Shown here one piece after another: positions 13,133 to 22,661 of a stretch of DNA of 64,000 bases. The stretch covers positions 1,550,001 through 1,614,000 of the forward strand of contig JANHCV010000001.1 of the NCBI GenBank assembly GCA_025594325.1. Reading direction: 5' to 3'. Within the stretch, counting starts at the first letter, position 1, and every line of letters starts with the position of its first letter. The notes under the pieces were generated by a model. The model made no database searches. It was not told where the DNA came from and was given only the letters and a program-made list of their open reading frames with translations. This DNA comes from Blastocladiella emersonii ATCC 22665. Its lineage: Eukaryota; Fungi; Blastocladiomycota. A program made the position numbers and the translations under genes.

Positions 13133-13494
13133 GCCAAGCGGACTAAAAAGGTCGGAATCGTCGGTAAGTACGGTGTCCGCTACGGCGCGTCGCTCCGTAA
13201 GCAGATCAAGAAGATGGAGATCACGCAGCACGCCAAGTACACCTGCGCCTTCTGCGGCAAGGACTCGGTCAAGCGCACCGCTGTCGGCATCTGGACCTGC
13301 AAGGGCTGCAAGAAGACCGTCGCCGGTGGCGCCTGGACCGTTGGGTGCGTTTTCCTCTGTTTGACGCGCTAGTTGTGCTCGGATTCCGCTCGATGCAGGT
13401 CGCTAACTGCTTGTTTTGCGCACTCCACAGCACCACCACCGCTGCCACCGTCCGCTCGACCGTCCGTCGTCTTCGCGAGCTCCAGGAGTCCTAA
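13133..13494 (+). CDS. RPL43: 60S ribosomal protein eL43 (L37a). Coding exons 13133-13344 and 13431-13494; the ATG mini-exon was not located with certainty.
   Basis: Translation [91 protein letters not shown], with a C4 zinc finger. Branch GCTAAC at 13080, acceptor TAG at 13130-13132, intron 13345-13430. Confidence 0.95.
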
Positions 13495-13808
13495 GCGCGC
13501 CCTCTCCGCTACTCCTTCTCGACGTCGTGTTCATTCTCTGCCCCGCACCCTGATCATGCCCCGGGCAATACAAGCCTTGATATTCGAAATTGTTGTTCAC
13601 CTCTGTCTCGACTTTGAGCCGTCTACGTGGTCTACTAGCCTTTGGTTGATGACCGGGTTTGAGTGACCTCACCGCGCGGCAGCGATTCGCTCGCGTGTCG
13701 GTCAACGGTCGGCAACGTGGGTCGAGTCCGCGCGCGCGGAGGTTGCCGACGATACGATGGTGGGCCAGAGCGGCCACATTGGCCACCGCAGCAGTCTGTT
13801 TGGACCCT

Positions 13809-13925
13809 GGGTCGAGCCTGAAGCTCGGGTCAGGTGGCGCCATGTTCCGCGGGTCCGCGGCCGACATGTCTGCCATGCTCGGCCACACATGGAGGAGATG
13901 GAGATCTGTTCTGCGGGGGGTGTCT
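13809..13925 (+). pseudogene. Diverged, frameshifted fragment homologous to the 3' end of the WD40 gene at 34388-34501; mirror copy at 17085-17201
   Basis: GSSLKLGSGGAMFRGSAADMSAMLG+HMEEMEICSAGGV here, versus GSGLRLGSGGSKFRGSAADVSAILGQIEEMGIGSAGV* in the WD40 gene. The two share the DNA core CGCGGGTCCGCGGCCGAC. Confidence 0.8.
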
Positions 13926-14202
13926 CGCAGCGCTCGTGAAGAACAAAACGCGAGACGTGAGACATCACGTGCAAAACGCGTGGCGCCCCCGCGACGCGTT
14001 TTCCGTCGTCGCGTCGCGTCGCTCGTTTTGCTTGAACGGCCTAGCTGTTTCGCGTCAGGTCTTGAATCAAGAGCTAAAACCCTCCGTCGCGATTTGCCTC
14101 GTCTCTTCGCGTCCCTTCGCGTTGTGTCGCGTCGCGTTGGTCACTCCATCGCGGGAAGCCGGCGACTCTCGCTGTTCAACGGGCACACTCCTAGAATACG
14201 TT

Positions 14203-15135
14203 ATGTCCATACACGACGACATGTCGAGCCACCTCTCGCACTTCCCCGCCTTGGTCATCGAAGCGATCTTGGTCCGCGCCGTCAAACTCCACAGCAGCGG
14301 GCTACCAGACCTCCGCGCAATGCATCAATACACGCGCGTCATGTCACGCGAGGCTATTCCTCGCGTGCACAGCGCGCTCTTCAAGCGGGCCACGAGACCC
14401 GTGGACCAAAGCCGGGCGACTGAAAAGGGCATGGTCGGACTGCTTACGCAGTTGGCCGAGCTCGGATCCTCAATTTCGTGCTCACGTCGAGCGCTCAAGG
14501 ATGCCATGTTCCAACGTCACCTCGGCGCGCTCGAGTTTTGGCGCGACCACGGTGCCGCGGCGCAGCTCAAGGCTGCCATCGGCGGCGTGCGCGCCAAGGA
14601 CACGATCGGCTTCTCGGATGGCTTCTTTGAGCCACTGGTACGTTTCTCTTTGACGATCAGAGGGCACCCTACACATCAAACTGACGATGAACGCGCGTGT
14701 AGACGTCCCAGCTTCCTTGGGTGGTCTGACCTCAAAGCCAAGATTCATCGCCAGCTGATGGGCAGCTCGGGCGATTGCGAGCTCGATCTTTCGGGGCTCC
14801 AGCTGACCCGCCGCGCGATTTCCAAGCTCAACGCTCTTATGGCGGGACGCACCAACGACGATCAGCCCCGCACCGACGACGGCAAACCCGTGAAAGCGAT
14901 CGAGACAATCGTCCTTTCCCGCTGCCCACTCGACCTGGGGCGGCTTTTCGACGTGGACTTTCCCGGCTCGGTTCTTCGAGTTGAGGTTGTGAGCTTCTGG
15001 CTCAAGTGGCTTCCCTTGAACGATATGATGCGCCGCGTGCGCTGGCCCGAGCACCTCGGTGAGCTGACACTCAAGTTTGCGCGGCTGCGCGTGTCGCTGG
15101 TGCCTCGCCTGAAAGTCGTGCTGAGGCGACCCTGA
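14203..15135 (+). pseudogene. Degenerate ankyrin-like plus leucine-rich-repeat protein, likely decaying
   Basis: Probable ATG at 14203 (MSIHDDMSSHLSHFPALVIEAIL). Ankyrin-like ALKDAMFQRHLGALEFWRDHG and LRR-like ELDLSGLQL, IETIVLSRCPL, LGELTLKF. The intron-like segment 14638-14702 (65 nt) would break the frame if spliced, and LRR-like remnants past the stop are interrupted. Confidence 0.5.
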
Positions 15136-15874
15136 ATCCAGGTTCTGAGGAGCAGCCGCAACGCAAGCAAGTCGAAGCTCTCGCAAGTAGCAACGCATGA
15201 AGTATTGCCAGATCGGATTCAGAGGACGTGTACATCTTGAGCGACTCGAGATACGGCAGCCAGGAACGGCGCTGCTCTCGCACTGTCAGTAAAACCCGCC
15301 AACATGAAAGCATAAAATTGTCTCCTTGTTCAATGTACTCCATCACAACTATGTAAAATCTGCCTGAGTACCGAGCTGCCGACTGAGCTATCAATTCGTG
15401 TGGTGAGAGACGCGTGGCGCGACGCGTTGCGCCACACCATCAGTTGATCAGAACTGCGATCAGGAAAGCGGCCGTGACCGTTTTGTCTCGCACCATACGA
15501 ACAAGGCACCTACCGGTCCATTACGAAACATTGCATGGCTTTACCAGACAGCACAAAAGTTACAGGACTCAATTGTTCTGGTTCGCGTCGCGCCACGCGT
15601 CTCTCACCACACGAATTGATAGCTCAGTCGGCAGCTCGGTACTCAGGCAGATTTTACATAGTTGTGATGGAGTACATTGAACAAGGAGACAATTTTATGC
15701 TTTCATGTTGGCGGGTTTTACTGACAGTGCGAGAGCAGCGCCGTTCCTGGCTGCCGTATCTCGAGTCGCTCAAGATGTACACGTCCTCTGAATCCGATCT
15801 GGCAATACTTCATGCGTTGCTACTTGCGAGAGCTTCGACTTGCTTGCGTTGCGGCTGCTCCTCAGAACCTGGAT

Positions 15875-16807
15875 TCAGGGTCGCCTCAGCACGACTTTCA
15901 GGCGAGGCACCAGCGACACGCGCAGCCGCGCAAACTTGAGTGTCAGCTCACCGAGGTGCTCGGGCCAGCGCACGCGGCGCATCATATCGTTCAAGGGAAG
16001 CCACTTGAGCCAGAAGCTCACAACCTCAACTCGAAGAACCGAGCCGGGAAAGTCCACGTCGAAAAGCCGCCCCAGGTCGAGTGGGCAGCGGGAAAGGACG
16101 ATTGTCTCGATCGCTTTCACGGGTTTGCCGTCGTCGGTGCGGGGCTGATCGTCGTTGGTGCGTCCCGCCATAAGAGCGTTGAGCTTGGAAATCGCGCGGC
16201 GGGTCAGCTGGAGCCCCGAAAGATCGAGCTCGCAATCGCCCGAGCTGCCCATCAGCTGGCGATGAATCTTGGCTTTGAGGTCAGACCACCCAAGGAAGCT
16301 GGGACGTCTACACGCGCGTTCATCGTCAGTTTGATGTGTAGGGTGCCCTCTGATCGTCAAAGAGAAACGTACCAGTGGCTCAAAGAAGCCATCCGAGAAG
16401 CCGATCGTGTCCTTGGCGCGCACGCCGCCGATGGCAGCCTTGAGCTGCGCCGCGGCACCGTGGTCGCGCCAAAACTCGAGCGCGCCGAGGTGACGTTGGA
16501 ACATGGCATCCTTGAGCGCTCGACGTGAGCACGAAATTGAGGATCCGAGCTCGGCCAACTGCGTAAGCAGTCCGACCATGCCCTTTTCAGTCGCCCGGCT
16601 TTGGTCCACGGGTCTCGTGGCCCGCTTGAAGAGCGCGCTGTGCACGCGAGGAATAGCCTCGCGTGACATGACGCGCGTGTATTGATGCATTGCGCGGAGG
16701 TCTGGTAGCCCGCTGCTGTGGAGTTTGACGGCGCGGACCAAGATCGCTTCGATGACCAAGGCGGGGAAGTGCGAGAGGTGGCTCGACATGTCGTCGTGTA
16801 TGGACAT
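15875..16807 (-). pseudogene. Mirror copy of the ankyrin-like/LRR gene
   Basis: Reverse complement of 14203-15135, with an identical ORF translation. Confidence 0.5.
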
Positions 16808-17515
16808 AACGTATTCTAGGAGTGTGCCCGTTGAACAGCGAGAGTCGCCGGCTTCCCGCGATGGAGTGACCAACGCGACGCGACACAACGCGAAGGGACG
16901 CGAAGAGACGAGGCAAATCGCGACGGAGGGTTTTAGCTCTTGATTCAAGACCTGACGCGAAACAGCTAGGCCGTTCAAGCAAAACGAGCGACGCGACGCG
17001 ACGACGGAAAACGCGTCGCGGGGGCGCCACGCGTTTTGCACGTGATGTCTCACGTCTCGCGTTTTGTTCTTCACGAGCGCTGCGAGACACCCCCCGCAGA
17101 ACAGATCTCCATCTCCTCCATGTGTGGCCGAGCATGGCAGACATGTCGGCCGCGGACCCGCGGAACATGGCGCCACCTGACCCGAGCTTCAGGCTCGACC
17201 CAGGGTCCAAACAGACTGCTGCGGTGGCCAATGTGGCCGCTCTGGCCCACCATCGTATCGTCGGCAACCTCCGCGCGCGCGGACTCGACCCACGTTGCCG
17301 ACCGTTGACCGACACGCGAGCGAATCGCTGCCGCGCGGTGAGGTCACTCAAACCCGGTCATCAACCAAAGGCTAGTAGACCACGTAGACGGCTCAAAGTC
17401 GAGACAGAGGTGAACAACAATTTCGAATATCAAGGCTTGTATTGCCCGGGGCATGATCAGGGTGCGGGGCAGAGAATGAACACGACGTCGAGAAGGAGTA
17501 GCGGAGAGGGCGCGC

Positions 17516-17877
17516 TTAGGACTCCTGGAGCTCGCGAAGACGACGGACGGTCGAGCGGACGGTGGCAGCGGTGGTGGTGCTGTGGAGTGCGCAAAACAAG
17601 CAGTTAGCGACCTGCATCGAGCGGAATCCGAGCACAACTAGCGCGTCAAACAGAGGAAAACGCACCCAACGGTCCAGGCGCCACCGGCGACGGTCTTCTT
17701 GCAGCCCTTGCAGGTCCAGATGCCGACAGCGGTGCGCTTGACCGAGTCCTTGCCGCAGAAGGCGCAGGTGTACTTGGCGTGCTGCGTGATCTCCATCTTC
17801 TTGATCTGCTTACGGAGCGACGCGCCGTAGCGGACACCGTACTTACCGACGATTCCGACCTTTTTAGTCCGCTTGGC
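17516..17877 (-). pseudogene. RPL43: Mirror copy of RPL43 in the right arm, probably lacking its start exon
   Basis: Exact reverse complement of 13133-13494. There is no ATG|GT mini-exon within the duplicated upstream part of the arm. Confidence 0.7.
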
Positions 17878-18302
17878 CTATTAGAACGACCACGACGACG
17901 ACGGCGGAGAGGGGGAGCGAGAGCGTTAGCGGGGTGGTCCAGAGGAGGTGGGGTGGTCGCGCGGGACGACCGCCACGTCGGACGACGACGGCGATCGCGG
18001 CGCTGCAGCCCGCGCACACGCTCACACGCTCGCTTGCGTGGGACCGCTCTAGCTGTGTGGAGGGTTGTGCGGGGGTGGGTGCAGTTGCAAGAGCACGGTG
18101 ACCGACGAGCACACCAGCCACCAGCTTGAACGAACGCCACCACCCACACGAATTTCGACGAGGACAGCTGACAGCATGGCTCGCCGGCGGGACCGCTCCG
18201 GGAGGCCGTGCGACAGCCGTCCGCAGTGCAGCCAGACGGACGGGCGAGTTTCGCTCGCCCGCGAGCACGATCCGTTCGGGTGAGGTGCTTCAAGTATAAT
18301 CC

Positions 18303-18456
18303 CTTAATTGAAAACCTGATACGAAACGACTAGATCGTTCAAACAAAATGAGTGATGCGATGCGATGCGACTCGAAGAGACGACGGAAAACGCGTCGTGG
18401 AGGCGCCACGCGTTTCTCACGTGATGTCTCACGTCTCGCGTTTTGTCCTTCACGAG
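18303..18456 (-). repeat. Diverged third copy of the ~140-bp element at 13933-14071 (mirror at 16939-17077)
   Basis: Translated view LVKDKTRDVRHHVRNAWRLHDAFSVV versus LVKNKTRDVRHHVQNAWRPRDAFSVV. The DNA AAAACGCGAGACGTGAGACATCACGTG is shared. The element ends about 15 bp from the right-arm junction. Confidence 0.85.
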
Positions 18457-18686
18457 TGTTGTGACGTGTATCGGGTCCAAACGCTCAAAAGCACAGCTGT
18501 AAGGGCCGTACGCGCATGCGCAGTTGACGAAACGACTAAGGTAGGCTAGTCTATCCGTTTTGAACACCCTTTTAAACTTCAACTCGCGCGTAAAAAAGTC
18601 GGAACCGTGGGTGGCAATCGCTGGACAACGAAGAATCACACCAAAAATTGTTCATTCATTTATCGTGGCAGCAAATGAACATGCAC

Positions 18687-20176
18687 CTAGACGTAGTGCA
18701 AGGACCGAGAGTCCATGGTCGGCGACGAGTCGGCCGCCGTCACGATCGACGCGGTCCCGTAGCCGCGGCCACTGAGGTTCCCGTTCCGCAACGCGCCGCG
18801 GGTCACGGCCGGTGTTGGTGCTGAGCTGCCGCCGCCGCTCTCCGGCTTGACGTGGACCGATGCGACTAGAATTCGCGTCAAAGGTCAGCGAGGAGGGAAC
18901 GTTGCGTGATGGGGGCAATCATACCGCAGGAGATCTGCTCGGACATGGACGGCACGCCGTACTGAACCGACGTGGACCCGCCGGATGGCCGACCGTTGTC
19001 GCGGCGGCGGTCACGGACGAGGTCGACGACGAGATACCACTCAACCATGGCCGCGAGCACGTAGAGGCGGCCGAAGATGCCCGCAAACTGGTGGCTGAAG
19101 ACCGAGTCCGCGAACGCGTAGGCAACGACGCCCGTGGTGCACGACGCGAGCATAGCAATGAGTGCGGCAAGGATGCGGTACACAACCGTCCGGTACGCGC
19201 GATCAATCGCACGCGCGCGCTGCTGCTGACGGCCCGCTTCGGACAGCGTGATGAAGGACGGGATCGTGATCCCGCCACCCTGCGTGCCGCCGGCCGTGGT
19301 CCAGTCGCCGCCGCGATTCCGCGCGTAGTCGAGCGACATGCGGATGTTGAGCACGATGCGGAAGATGGTGGTGGTGATGACGAGGTCGGACAGCACGAAA
19401 AGCGCCGAGGCGCCGAGGATCGTGATCTTACGCAGCGGGTTTAAATCGACCTTCTTGCCCAGGTCCGTCGACCAGTATGTGCTGATGAGCAGCACGATGG
19501 CCACGACCATGAACGTGTAGACCAGGGCCAGGAGCCGTTTCCGTAACCGGTTCGTGTAGTAGGGCGCGTGCGAGGTTGCTCCGAAGACTAGCGGCAGGAT
19601 CGCGTAATGAGTTTCGTGATCCCAGCGACGCGTCGTCGTGCGCGGAAACGTACTGCGGAACCGCTCGAAGCCGAGCGCCGCAACCTGCGCGCCGCACACG
19701 ATGGGCGAGAAGACGCGCGTGAGCTCCCAAATGTTCTACACGGAGAGGAGAGGCGAGAGCGCGTGAAAATGCGGCAAGGAGTCGACCGCGAGGGGAGGTG
19801 GCGCGATGACAGCATCATCCTTGGTGTTGCAAGCTCCACGCAAGGTGCGCCGATCAAACATCGAGAGACATGGTTGACTTGCTCAACGGCTGGCCCATGC
19901 GGGACAGCTGTGGCGAAGACGACAAGGAGGCGGAAGAGCGAAACTTACGGGCGAATCGTCAGCGGCGAGGACGCCAAAGAAGACGATGTCGTTGACAAAG
20001 AACCCCAGCGCGCAGACGGCGACGCCAATGTGGAAGCGCGTGCGGTGGAGGAGCAGGCGGCGCCCGGCCACGAGCATCAGGGTGGTGCTGAGGATCAGGT
20101 TGAAGATCATCACGGCCATGACCTGCGGCTCGGCATATTTGTTGAGGAGCTTGCGCTCCCACTCTTTCGGTGCCAT
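18687..20176 (-). CDS. Orphan seven-transmembrane, GPCR-like receptor of 405 aa. Three exons (20176-19949, 19735-18925, 18865-18687).
   Basis: Introns 19948-19736 (GTAAGT..TAG) and 18924-18866 (GTATGA..GCTGAC..TAG) keep the frame. Seven hydrophobic segments, ERF at the end of TM3, a long loop between TM5 and TM6, and a Ser/Thr-rich C-tail. Confidence 0.75.
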
Positions 20177-21220
20177 GTCGGGTCGTTCCGTGGTGCCGTG
20201 CTGTCAGTCGGAGCCGATTGCACAATGTGGCAGCGAGGGTATCGAGGTGCAGGGCGCTGGTTGCGAGGTGAGGAGGGGAGGAGGAGGCGGAAGGGATGAA
20301 TGACGAAGAGAAGTTTGCTGGGCAGAAGCGGTGCCCCATGCAGATGCAGGTTCGCGGTCGTGGCGCCGTGGCGGTGGGCCCATGCTCGCAGCCACACGCA
20401 TGGCCCTGAAACAGCTTCTCGATTCCTCGACCACAGACACCACTGACACTTGACCGGGGACGCTCGAGTCGACGTAGAGCCCAGCATCGCGGTTTTGTGC
20501 GATTCAGGTGCTCTAGGGCGTTGAAGGGTTCTCGTATGTGTATCCAAGTACACAGCGGCAGCAAGTTTCGCAGTTTTTCACGTTTTCACTCAAGAAAGCA
20601 CGGAGGGTAATCCATTGGCTTCAAAAACGCTAATGCTGCCAGTTACAAGTGGCCTGTGGAGTGCAGATCCAAGGAAGCGAGCGGGAACGACGGCCTTGAA
20701 GGCGCGATCGGCGAGCATCAGCTGGCTCAGGTGCCAGAGCCGTCACGAGCGCCGATCGCAATGCCAACACCGTCTCGTGTCTCCGACCCACCCAAATCCC
20801 TTGATCTCCGCGACCACCACACTACCACGAAGCTCTGACGTATCAAACCACTTGGCGCAACGGCGGCGCGATCAGCTCTTGCTCTTGTTTGCCCTGCCGG
20901 ACCGAGTTACTCGCTGCCGCTCCGCCCGCTCACGACTTGGGAGGGCTCGGCCGCGCTGCTCGACCTGCGCCACGATGCACCGATGTACCGCGTGCGCTCG
21001 ATCTGCCGCTGGTCTCCGTCTCGCACCTACCCTATCGCTCGGCGCACAGCCGCTTGATGGCCAGCGGAGAAGGCGCGCCGCGATTCCGTCACCCGTCATG
21101 CCTGTTCCTCACGCTCGGGACTACACGAGTTCTCTACCACGGCTCGGTCCCCTCACGCTGACGCCGCCACCACCACGGCTGGTCACCTCGGTTCACGCGC
21201 GCCAGGCCGCGTACTTCCAC

Positions 21221-22661
21221 ATGTCCCCGCCGTGCAGGCGCGACGATCCGCCAAGGCGACCCACGTCCAACACCCCGCTCGTCTTCGCGTCCGAGGACGC
21301 CATGCACGACAAACCGCACGCGTCGTCAACCCCTGCGTCGCCGCAGCCACCGCCACGACCACGCCGCCCGTCCCCACCCGAACCACCACGACCGCCTCCA
21401 CCTCTCGCGCGAGACTCAGACTCTATACCGTCACCCTCACCGAGATCACGCGCTCCATTTCGCGTCACGGTGCAGTCGACGCGGGAAGCCATCGACCCGC
21501 ACCTGCGCTACCTGTACCGCCTGCTCTCGCCCGCGATCCCCCTCGTGTCCGAGAATCGCGCAGCCGACGCGCTCCTCGACCGAAAACACTCGCTCCCGCG
21601 CTACATGGGCGTGCACACACCGGGCAGCGCGGTCCAGATCTCGGGGTTCGCGCCATCCTCGCTCGCCGACGCCGTTGCGCTTCTCGCAGAAGCGGGCTAC
21701 GTCGACGCAGAAGGCGGCGTCAGCTGGAACTGCGCGTGGCCCGTGCGCGCGCGGAGGCGAACCGACGCGCTCGACGCCGTATCCTCGTCGCTGCTCCACG
21801 ACGTGACGCGATTGCTCGACGGCGTGCACGCGATTCGCGACGCCATTGCCGACGACGCGGTCCCAGTATCGCTCGTCCTGCCGGTGTCGTGCTCGCTGTC
21901 GCCGGACCGACCCGCTGCTGCCGTCGCAGACGAGTTTCAGCCCGTCGCCGAGGCCCTCCTCGAGTCGACGGGGCCGGCGGTCGATCGGCTCGTCCTTGAT
22001 CCCGCCGGCTGCACTCCCGCTGCCGTGTCCGAAATCAAGCGGCGGTGGCCCGCGCTCACGGTGGACCTCGACCTCAGCACGCGTGCGTCCGTGTCCATGG
22101 AGACGCTCGCCGGCTACCGCGACGGCGGGCTGCTCGACGGCGTCGTTCTCGGGCGCAGCGTTGCGGCCGACCCGACGTTTCTCCTCCAACTCGAAGATAC
22201 CCAGCACGACGCGGGGTTTCTCGACAACGTCGTGCGCAACTACGCCGGTACGTTCGCCTCGTGGTGGAACGACTACGCGAGCGACCAACTCACAATATTC
22301 TCATGTAGTGTACGCGGACGTGTGCCAGCACCTGTACGGATACCCCTACCGCGCGCAGGAGCTGCTGGCGCCGCTGTTCCACGTGTACGGCGGGCACGAG
22401 GGCCGGTACTTTCGCACGGCGCTGCAGGACACGCTCAAGGCGTACACGAGCAACCGGCTGTACCTTGCGCCACGGGCGTCACCGCTCACAGCCACCATCG
22501 GCGACGCAGGCGACGACGACGCCGAGTACGCGCCGGGCCCCGTGTTCGGGATCATCGACACGGCACTCGAGCTTCTGCAGCACGAGCGCACCGTGCGCGG
22601 GTACCGCGGCCGGTTCAGCGCGCCGTTCCCACGGCGGCCCGTGGTCGGCGCGGGGTGCTGA
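21221..22661 (+). CDS. DusA-like (tRNA-dihydrouridine synthase fold) protein with degenerate catalytic motifs. Start uncertain; intron 22248-22308.
   Basis: DPHLRYLYRLLSPAIPLVSEN, AVQISGFAPSSLADAVALLAEAGY and LDGVVLGR align with DusA DRHCRYFLRLLSRNTLLYTEM, ALQLGGSDPAALAQCAKLAEARGY and DGVMVGR. Confidence 0.65.

Larger units (their letters stand above)
12723..15426 (+). repeat. Left arm (2,704 bp) of a long inverted repeat
   Basis: Position i pairs with 31010-i. The ORF track gives identical translations on opposite strands (e.g. 13834..15135+ and 15875..17176-, 13659..14423+ and 16587..17351-). Pairing stops at 12722/18288 and 15427/15583. Confidence 0.97.
15584..18287 (-). repeat. Right arm (2,704 bp) of the long inverted repeat; the spacer is 15427-15583 (157 bp)
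   Basis: Reverse complement of 12723-15426. No mismatch was seen in the segments compared. Confidence 0.97.

Noticed and set aside
13834-14202. N-terminal 123 aa of the 433-aa ORF
   Set aside because: It runs through the WD40 fragment in a different frame and through the non-coding-like repeat. The plausible start is the ATG at 14203.
12723-18287. Helitron, MULE or foldback transposon interpretation of the palindrome
   Set aside because: There is no transposase or Rep-helicase, no target-site duplication, and no TC...CTRR termini at a suitable distance from a hairpin. The arms consist of host gene sequence.
18950-19100. Possibility that the 7TM protein is an opsin
   Set aside because: TM7 (FAGIFGRLYVLAAMVEWYLVV) has no retinal-binding lysine.
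20615-21220. N-terminal extension of the 686-aa ORF
   Set aside because: It begins at a non-ATG codon and has promoter-like composition. DusA similarity starts only near 21470.
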